Virus record (IMG/VR): IMGVR_UViG_2924880783_000005
Coordinates: 1 to 64,000 of that record
Origin: a virus
Lineage: Duplodnaviria > Caudoviricetes
Length of the DNA: 64,000 nt
Strand: one strand, 5' to 3'
Positions 57,195 through 64,000 of the stretch are shown here, in pieces. Position 1 is the first letter of the stretch. The number at the start of each line of letters is the position of its first letter. Under the pieces are notes generated by a model. That model was given only the letters and a program-made list of their open reading frames with translations. It had not been told where the DNA came from and did no database searches. The translations under genes and the position numbers were made by a program.

Positions 57195-57744
57195 ACTTCC
57201 CATCGACCGTTTAGTGAACCAGCTCGTGCCGCATTACCTGTCGGGGAGGCGGTTCATCCTCTTCGTGCAGAGCGCGCTCTACCCGTTGCGGAGCCTGAAC
57301 GAGCGGTTCCGCGCCTTCGCCCGCGAGCGGCATATCGAGGCCCGCATGACCTCGCAGGTCATCTACTTCGAGTGGTACCTGAACTACCGCTTCGGCCAAT
57401 ACCTGCAAGACGGCAGGGACCGCATCTTCCTCCGGGAGAGCGAGAGCGTCGGCGTGGACCTCTACCACGAGCGCACCGAATACCGGCGACCCTGCACCAT
57501 CTGGTACAACGGGGAGGAAATCACGGCCACGGACGAGTCGGAACAGCCGCGCCCGTTTTACCGGCTCGTCGAGGAAAAGACGATAGGCAGGGTCAGCTTT
57601 ATGGTCTGCGTGCCGCCGGTAACGATTCCCGCGCAGGAGCTCGTCTATATGCTGTCGTTCGCGGTGAACCGCTACAGGATTGCGGGCAAGACCTACCTGA
57701 TCAAGATAGACAAAGAAGAGTACGAACCCAATTCCAACGCGTAG
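57184..57744 (+). CDS. Baseplate wedge (gpI-like position) protein
   Basis: SQVIYFEWYLN, YRIAGKTY; synteny. Confidence 0.6.
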   Translation: MRYRLPIDRLVNQLVPHYLSGRRFILFVQSALYPLRSLNERFRAFARERHIEARMTSQVIYFEWYLNYRFGQYLQDGRDRIFLRESESVGVDLYHERTEYRRPCTIWYNGEEITATDESEQPRPFYRLVEEKTIGRVSFMVCVPPVTIPAQELVYMLSFAVNRYRIAGKTYLIKIDKEEYEPNSNA

Positions 57745-57749
57745 AAGTA

Positions 57750-60332
57750 ATGAAAGAATATGTAGCAGAGCCCGGCGGACGATATACCTACTCGGACGAT
57801 ATCCTGAACCTGCAGGAGCTCGCCCTGAGCCTGAGCGCCATCTTCGACGGCTGCTCGGATTTCATCATATCGGGCTGCGAGCCGGACGGGGCGAACATCT
57901 CGCCCGGTTATGTCTGGCTCGGCGGCAAGGTGCGCCGTTTCGAGGGAGCCACGGATGCGGCCTATCCCTATTACATTTACGAGACGAACCGCCACGAGTC
58001 GGTGGTCTACGCCAACGATACGAACAAACGGGGGCGCACCTGCTACCTGTGTGCCGGCAGTGCGTCCGTTCCCGACACCGAGGATTCTGTCACGGGCAAG
58101 CTCCCCGCCTTCATCGAAATCCGGGAGGAGTATGCCCCGCGTTTCATCGACAAGTTCTTCGGCCGGTATGCCGTGCTGCTCGACACGCCTTTCGCGCGCC
58201 AGACCGTGAAGAAAGACCTCGTGCTGGCCGGAACCGTCACCGCCGAGAAAGAGTTCCGCTCGAAGACGGCGGTATCCGTCGCCGGGGAGAACGGCTACAT
58301 GCTCAGGGGAATCGTCAAGGCGGACGGCGACGCCTCGCTCGGCGCCTACCTTAGCGGGCTGCTCGTAAGCGAGATCGTGATCCGTACCGACGGGACCTTC
58401 TCGTTCATGAAACAGGGCAAGGAGCTGGCACGGATCACGGAGAACGGTATCTCGTACGGAGCCTCGCTCAGCGATACCGCCCGCATCGGTTCCCTGCGCA
58501 TCCAAGGCGCCGACCTCTTCAACACGGCGGACGCCACCGATGCGGGATGCGTACGTGTCAACCATTACGGTCTGAACGGCGGCGCCGCCAAATACCGGGA
58601 CTTCGCCGTTCATGACGGCAAGGCATGCGGCGTTCCGATTCTGAAAGTAGTCGGAAAAAACGCCACGGTCGAGGTCGGCGGGCGCCTTTCGGTGCGGAGT
58701 GCCGGTCGCGGCATCGAGCTTTGCAATACGTCCTACACGAAAGAAGACCCCAAACTGACCAATCTTCTCGCGTGGCGGGACAGCGCGGGGGCGGCCATCG
58801 CCGCCGTCGGTTACGACAGCACGGACAGTTTCCGGTTTGTCGTACGCAACACGCTCGGTGACATCGTCCTCGCGCCGTCTGGATGTGTCGATGTACTCGG
58901 GACACTGCGGGTGAACGGGAAGTCCGTTGCCGAGACCTATGTTACCGTTACGGCCTACACCCAGGGAATGAAGGGCAAGGTGGACAAGGTTACAGGCAAA
59001 CAGCTCTCCACTGAAGATTTTACCACCGAGTATAAAAATAAACTCGACGCCATCACCACAGGTACGATTGCCGGGGGCGGCACGGGTTACGTCACCTCGG
59101 GAGCCGTCGCCGAAGCCCTGAAAATGAAGCTTTCGGCCGATGGAAACCTGTCGGACGTGATGGACAAGGCGGCAGCGCGCCGGAATCTGGACGTCTACTC
59201 CAAGACGGACGCCGGGGGCGTGTTCCTGAAAATCTCGGAGGGGTTGCAGGAACTGGTGCGGCTCTCGGCCGAGGAGATCAATTCCCTCAGCGCGGAAGAG
59301 GCCGCGGCGTTGAAAGCAAGGAAACAAGCCGCCATCCGGGAGACGCTCGACGCCGAGAAGAAAGGCACGGGAGAGTCGAAACTTGCCAAGGCGTCGAACC
59401 TTTCCGATGTGGCGGACAAGGGCAAGGCCCGCAAGAATCTCGAGATATATTCCACCTCGGAGGTGGACCGGATGCTGGCGGGGAAACTCGGCACGGACTC
59501 CGCCTACGAGGGAGTGGTCTTCACGGCGGAACTGCGGGACAAACTGCTGGCTATAAAAACGGGCTCGTTCGCCTATACGGACGAGAACGGCAAATCCCAC
59601 GCGCAGGTCGAAGGCTACCTCCCCACGTCGCAGGTGGTGAAGCAGCTTAGACTGAAAGCCGACCGCCTGATGGCGGGCTACAACGCTTCGGAGCAGGATG
59701 CCATTGCCGCGAACCTGAACCTCTACACGAAAGGCGTGTCGGACAGCCGTTTCGCCAAGGTAGAGAGTCTCTTCCAGGATTACATCACTTACCTCGTGTC
59801 GCGGGGGAAGACCACGGCACAGGCCCAGCAGCTGCTGCGCGAGAGGCTGAACCTGCTTTCCAGGGACGAGACGGTCCGCGACTACCTGCGCAAGGACGCC
59901 AGGCTGACCGACCTCGCGTTGGGCGGTACGGAGGCGCAGCGCCAGGTGTGCCGCACGTTAGGGGCAGCTTTCGCGGCGGACTACCAGCCCGTACTCGCGG
60001 ATACCGGCTGGCTGCAGATGGCGGGCAGCGGTTCGGGAACCGACACGCGGGGATTTTTCGTCCGTCAAATCGGCAATATCGTCTCCATCCAGGGGTACAT
60101 CAATACGGCCCGGCGCGACGGCAGTAACTGGGGCGGAATCGTGGCGCTTATCCCCAATACCATCCAGCCGCCCCGGTATAGTGTCCGTTGCACGGCCGCC
60201 GACTGGAACGACGACCATAAATACAATCGCGGCAGCTCCTTTGTCATATATGGCGGCTCCCGCAAGGTGCAGCTTTTCGAGAGAGGAATGTATAACGTGA
60301 ATGTAGAACTCAACTTTACCTATTTTATATGA
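57750..60332 (+). CDS. Baseplate-anchored tail fibre-like protein
   Basis: 860 aa; NLSDV..K..AR.NL repeats; C-terminal DTGW...RQIGNIVSIQG domain. Confidence 0.7.
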   Translation: MKEYVAEPGGRYTYSDDILNLQELALSLSAIFDGCSDFIISGCEPDGANISPGYVWLGGKVRRFEGATDAAYPYYIYETNRHESVVYANDTNKRGRTCYLCAGSASVPDTEDSVTGKLPAFIEIREEYAPRFIDKFFGRYAVLLDTPFARQTVKKDLVLAGTVTAEKEFRSKTAVSVAGENGYMLRGIVKADGDASLGAYLSGLLVSEIVIRTDGTFSFMKQGKELARITENGISYGASLSDTARIGSLRIQGADLFNTADATDAGCVRVNHYGLNGGAAKYRDFAVHDGKACGVPILKVVGKNATVEVGGRLSVRSAGRGIELCNTSYTKEDPKLTNLLAWRDSAGAAIAAVGYDSTDSFRFVVRNTLGDIVLAPSGCVDVLGTLRVNGKSVAETYVTVTAYTQGMKGKVDKVTGKQLSTEDFTTEYKNKLDAITTGTIAGGGTGYVTSGAVAEALKMKLSADGNLSDVMDKAAARRNLDVYSKTDAGGVFLKISEGLQELVRLSAEEINSLSAEEAAALKARKQAAIRETLDAEKKGTGESKLAKASNLSDVADKGKARKNLEIYSTSEVDRMLAGKLGTDSAYEGVVFTAELRDKLLAIKTGSFAYTDENGKSHAQVEGYLPTSQVVKQLRLKADRLMAGYNASEQDAIAANLNLYTKGVSDSRFAKVESLFQDYITYLVSRGKTTAQAQQLLRERLNLLSRDETVRDYLRKDARLTDLALGGTEAQRQVCRTLGAAFAADYQPVLADTGWLQMAGSGSGTDTRGFFVRQIGNIVSIQGYINTARRDGSNWGGIVALIPNTIQPPRYSVRCTAADWNDDHKYNRGSSFVIYGGSRKVQLFERGMYNVNVELNFTYFI

Positions 60333-60431
60333 TGAAACGAATCAACGTAACCGGAGACATTGAAAGCCGCCGGAGAATCGCCCAGAGGCATATCCCCTCC
60401 GCCGTACCACCGGTTATCATAACGGAACAAG

Positions 60432-60923
60432 ATGAAAACACCCAAGAAAAAGAACACGAGGCAGACCCGGGCGGTCCGACAGACGTCCCCCCGAAGCCGC
60501 GAAGACGGAAGGCCGAAAGGAACCCTTAAACGGTTCCCGTTCGATGAGACCCGTCTGGGCTTCATGCTCCGCTACGAGATGCCGGTGGTCTACTACCTTC
60601 TGCGGCGGCTCTGCCCCGGGCAGCAGCCTTTCGAGCCGGACTGGCGCGTCGTCGATTCCGTGGCCCGTGCCTCAAAAGACCCCTCGTACCGCAAGCCCAA
60701 GTTCCGTCGCTATCTGGAAGAGTACAGCCGGGACGGGCTCTGCTGCCGTCGTGCAAAACGGCTCACGCCCGGGCGCAAGGCCTACTACGAAGGCATCCGT
60801 CGCCGCAAGACGGACGCCTTCATCCGGCAGAACAGGGCGCGGCTCGAAAAGCGCAACCGGGAGGGTCCGGGCGGCGGCCCGATGCTGCACGATATTAAAC
60901 GCGTCGTTAAAAAGAAGTTGTAA
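60432..60923 (+). CDS. Arg/Lys-rich hypothetical protein
   Basis: 163-aa ORF. Confidence 0.55.
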   Translation: MKTPKKKNTRQTRAVRQTSPRSREDGRPKGTLKRFPFDETRLGFMLRYEMPVVYYLLRRLCPGQQPFEPDWRVVDSVARASKDPSYRKPKFRRYLEEYSRDGLCCRRAKRLTPGRKAYYEGIRRRKTDAFIRQNRARLEKRNREGPGGGPMLHDIKRVVKKKL

Positions 60924-60988
60924 TGCATTGTAAATAAACAGTCTGCAAAACATCTAATTGCATCTATTGCTCTTAGGGATTGTTTGTC

Positions 60989-60996
60989 TATTTTTG
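60989..60996 (+). promoter_or_regulatory. Bacteroidota -7 element TATTTTTG for the replication operon
   Basis: TAnnTTTG with TTG about 19 nt upstream. Confidence 0.55.
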
Positions 60997-61193
60997 TATC
61001 CGGTCGCTTCAAGACCCTCGTATATTGTCAACTGAGTATCCCGCGCACGGGATACGGTCAGCGAGAAAATCTCCCAATCTTATCAACTGAAACGGACGGT
61101 GCAACCGAACCCGTCCGCCCTGCATCCAGTTTCGGGTGGTGCGGTGTTGCCGTGTCATCCCTTCGGGCATTTTTAATCCATAACTATCAAATT

Positions 61194-62471
61194 ATGATGC
61201 AAGAAGATTTGGAAAAGACGGGCGGCGTGGAAGGCATGTCGGTCGAAGAGATGTTCCTCGGCATTCAGGAGTCCTACGAGGCGGCGCAGCAACGCGCGCA
61301 GGAGGAGAACCGTGCATTCGCCCGCACGGAGTTTTTCCGCATGGACAAACTGGGGGTATACCGGCTTCGAATACTGCCGCTGGCGCCCAACGCGGACGGC
61401 ACGGCCTCGCGTCCCGGCTACGAGGTCCCCGTGCACCAGCTCCTGCTGGAGCTGGAGAGGCCCACGACGGGGAACAAGCCCCAGAAGATGTATGTCACCG
61501 TCACCCGAGCCACGGATGCCGGCTACTCGGTGGACCCCATCGAGACCTACCGCAAGTTGGCCGTGGCACAGGCGAAAGAGCTGGGGGACGATAAGCTGGC
61601 CGAAAAAATCGATGGCGGCTCGTTCGGCGGTGGCCTGAAGTACAACTACGGGCACTGCCTTTACGTTTTCGACCTGAACGAGCGCGGCAAGGGCATCCAG
61701 ATGCTGACCCTCTCGCACGCCCAGTTCAAGGACCTGGACGAGCGCAAGTTCAAACTGTGGCAGAAGAAACTGCAAAAAAATCCGGCGTACCCGTGTCCGA
61801 TCTCGTCGGTGCATGACGCCTATCCCGTGGAGATCGAGAAGCGCAAGAACGGCTCGAAGACCGAGTATGTCATCTCCATCGACAACGAATCGGACCCCGT
61901 TTCCCTGACCCGCGAGGAGCTGACGGCACTGATGGGCGCGCCGCGCATTCCCGACATCATCTACCGCTACACCCGTTATCATCTGGGGGCGACTGTCGAG
62001 TTCCTCAAACAGTGCGACGCGCTCTACGGCATGTCGCTCATGCAGACCGACGACATGAAGGCGGTCATCGACACGCTGGAGGGCGAGCTGCCCAAGGAGG
62101 ACACCTCCGCCTTCTCCTTCGACCGCCGCTCTAAGGCGGGTAGGGAGAACGGACAGAACAGTAGCGGACGTATCTCGTACGACGACCTGAGCGACCGTTA
62201 CGAGGAGCTGAACAGCCGGTCGCTCGGTGACCGCACCGAAGAGGGGCAGGAACTGCGCTCCCTGATCCGCGCCTTCATCGAGCAGGAAGGCCTCACCGTC
62301 CGTGTCACCCGTTCGACCTCGAACAGCGAACTGCTGGACATGATCTACGACGAAATCATGGGTCCCGAACCGGAAAGCCACGAGGCGGCAGCTCCCGAAG
62401 AGGAGGATACGGAACAGGAAGACGAGCCGCAACCGGCGCAGCGCGCGGAGCGTCCCCGACGTCGCCGATAA
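61194..62471 (+). CDS. T4 gp32-like single-stranded DNA-binding protein
   Basis: YRLRILP motif, long acidic C-terminal tail, adjacent to SbcCD-like genes. Confidence 0.6.
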   Translation: MMQEDLEKTGGVEGMSVEEMFLGIQESYEAAQQRAQEENRAFARTEFFRMDKLGVYRLRILPLAPNADGTASRPGYEVPVHQLLLELERPTTGNKPQKMYVTVTRATDAGYSVDPIETYRKLAVAQAKELGDDKLAEKIDGGSFGGGLKYNYGHCLYVFDLNERGKGIQMLTLSHAQFKDLDERKFKLWQKKLQKNPAYPCPISSVHDAYPVEIEKRKNGSKTEYVISIDNESDPVSLTREELTALMGAPRIPDIIYRYTRYHLGATVEFLKQCDALYGMSLMQTDDMKAVIDTLEGELPKEDTSAFSFDRRSKAGRENGQNSSGRISYDDLSDRYEELNSRSLGDRTEEGQELRSLIRAFIEQEGLTVRVTRSTSNSELLDMIYDEIMGPEPESHEAAAPEEEDTEQEDEPQPAQRAERPRRRR

Positions 62472-62543
62472 CCTTTCATAAGCAACGAAAACAGTCATCC
62501 GACGGGAGGTCTTGTGCCTCCCGTCATTATCCTCACCATGCTT

Positions 62544-63614
62544 ATGAAAAAGAGTTATCCCTGCCTGCTGCTACTGAACGACATACACGTGTCGAAAGAC
62601 AATATCCCTGCATTTACGGCCAACTGGCAGGAGGCCATCGATATCTGCAGGGAGATGGATATCCGGGAGATCGCCGTCGGCGGCGACCTCTTCTTCTCGC
62701 GTGCCGCGCAGACGCTCGACGTGCTGCTGGCGGTACATGACGCCCTGCTCACCGCCGCCGAGCACGGCATTCATGTGACAATTGCCGAGGGTAACCACGA
62801 CAAGGTCAACCAAGAGGCCGTACGTGGCTACTGTCATGTTTTCGACCAGCACCCCAACGTCCTGGTATGCGATGAATACGTGTCGTTGCCTGTGGGCGAC
62901 GACTGCCGTTTCGTCCTTCACATGATGGGTTACTTTCCGGAGGACGGCTCATTCTGCACCCGTCTCGACCGCCTCAGGGAGGAGGCTCTCGACCCGAAAC
63001 GGCTCAACTTCCTTTATATCCATGAAGGCATCAACGGAGCCTTGGCGCAGCCTTCCGAAAAGGAGTTGCCTGCCAAGATTTTCGAGGCGTTCGACAAAGT
63101 CTTTGTAGGGCACTACCACAACCGCTGCATCATCCCCAAGACCCGCATCGAGTACATCGGCTCCTCGCGCCAGCACAACTTCGGCGAGGACGAGCAGAAG
63201 GGATACACCGTCATCTACACCGACGGCACGCACGAATTTATCAAAAATCGTGTGAACACGCGCTACAAAGTGCTGGATGTCCCCGTGGAACGTGCCGGGC
63301 TGCACCTCATGGACGAGCTCAGGGAGATGGATGCCGACGGCCGCTACAAGGTCAAGGTGCGTGTTCATGCGCTTCAGGCGGCCATAAAGTCTGTGGACAA
63401 GGCTGCGCTTTTGGAGGCGGGAGCCACGAAGGTGGAACTTGTCGCCGATGACGAGGAGATGCCTGAAGCCTCCTCCTCGTCACTCTTCGAGAAATTCGAC
63501 AGCCGACGCATCCGCGAGACCTACGAGGAGTTCTGCCGTGAGAAGCAGATAGAGGATGTGGCTGTCGGACTGGAATATTTATCTAAAATCGAAAACGGAC
63601 CATGTGGAAACTGA
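62544..63614 (+). CDS. SbcD/Mre11/gp47-like nuclease subunit
   Basis: DIH, GGDLF, GNHD, HEG, GHYH. Confidence 0.85.
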   Translation: MKKSYPCLLLLNDIHVSKDNIPAFTANWQEAIDICREMDIREIAVGGDLFFSRAAQTLDVLLAVHDALLTAAEHGIHVTIAEGNHDKVNQEAVRGYCHVFDQHPNVLVCDEYVSLPVGDDCRFVLHMMGYFPEDGSFCTRLDRLREEALDPKRLNFLYIHEGINGALAQPSEKELPAKIFEAFDKVFVGHYHNRCIIPKTRIEYIGSSRQHNFGEDEQKGYTVIYTDGTHEFIKNRVNTRYKVLDVPVERAGLHLMDELREMDADGRYKVKVRVHALQAAIKSVDKAALLEAGATKVELVADDEEMPEASSSSLFEKFDSRRIRETYEEFCREKQIEDVAVGLEYLSKIENGPCGN

Positions 63615-64000
63615 AAAACATAGAGGCGGAGAACCTGTGCGCTTTCCGCCACCTCTCGTACACCTTGCAGCAAGGGGTTACGACGCTCATCTTCGGCGAC
63701 AATCGTGATAACGAGTCCCAGCAGTCGAACGGAGCCGGCAAGTCTGCGCTTCTGGAATGCATCGCCGTGGGTATCACGGGCAGCCCGCTCAGGAAGATTC
63801 GCTCGGAGGAGATTATCAACGATGCCGCCGAGGAGTGCCGCATCGAACTGCGCCTGACAAACGATTTTTCGGGCGAGGAACTTTCCGTCGCCCGTCGCAT
63901 TCCCCGTAAAGGGGCCTCGACAGTCGCCTGCATGCTCTGGCGGGACGGCAAGGAAGCAGAGACGGACGAGGCGGTACAGCCTTCCGTCGACGCCTACAAC
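63602..64000 (+). CDS. SbcC/Rad50/gp46-like ATPase (5' part, runs off the window)
   Basis: Translated by hand: MWKLKNIEAENL...SNGAGKS (Walker A). Confidence 0.85.
   Translation, partial: MWKLKNIEAENLCAFRHLSYTLQQGVTTLIFGDNRDNESQQSNGAGKSALLECIAVGITGSPLRKIRSEEIINDAAEECRIELRLTNDFSGEELSVARRIPRKGASTVACMLWRDGKEAETDEAVQPSVDAYN

Larger units (their letters stand above)
1..64000. mobile_element. Part of a large Bacteroidales myovirus-type phage/prophage (both ends outside the window)
   Basis: Contiguous head-sheath-tube-tape measure-baseplate-fibre module, phage early-gene arm, antirepressor-like genes, T4-like recombination genes; no host housekeeping genes seen. Confidence 0.9.

Noticed and set aside
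57693-59600. 635-aa antisense ORF and other long shadow ORFs (e.g. 61173-62498, 28292-29209, 11711-12643, 24448-25284)
   Set aside because: Lie opposite well-supported genes in GC-rich coding DNA; no motifs; typical stop-poor shadow frames
23872-60332. Tailocin or contractile injection system rather than phage
   Set aside because: Portal, head morphogenesis, protease/scaffold and capsid genes are present along with replication genes
60329-60529. Alternative 66-aa ORF after the last fibre gene
   Set aside because: Overlaps the longer 60432-60923 ORF out of frame; cannot be supported without expression data

Overview
A 64-kb segment of a large Bacteroidota (Bacteroidales-type) phage or prophage with a contractile tail. 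The host assignment is inferred from TAnnTTTG-type promoters and AT-rich, SD-less leaders. Layout: (i) 1-17.3 kb, a tightly packed minus-strand 'early' arm of mostly small hypothetical genes; (ii) 17.3-23.8 kb, a long structured leader, an AT-rich control region and a cluster of BRO/KilA-N/ANT-type DNA-binding genes; (iii) 23.9-60.3 kb, a plus-strand Mu-like/myovirus morphogenesis module (portal, head morphogenesis, Clp-type protease/scaffold, capsid, sheath, tube, chaperones, tape measure, baseplate, fibres) with two antisense cargo insertions; (iv) 60.4-64 kb, start of a replication/recombination module (gp32-like SSB, SbcD/SbcC-like nuclease). No terminase, integrase or lysis genes were recognised in the window. 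The standout is a stand-alone reverse transcriptase (8064-9329, YSDD) followed by a non-coding array of five 154-174-nt units. Each unit is a long sequence-variable hairpin plus a conserved motif (RNA UAAAGYCAUG). Two coupled accessory genes and two further units follow. Also found: a non-canonical tRNA-like cloverleaf in the early-arm leader, a bipartite late-promoter motif (NAACC-N17/18-CTACTCTT) before nine late genes, a probable -1 frameshift in the tail chaperone, and an AbiE-like plus phosphoesterase cargo operon. All family calls are by motif recognition; no database searches or folding programs were run.
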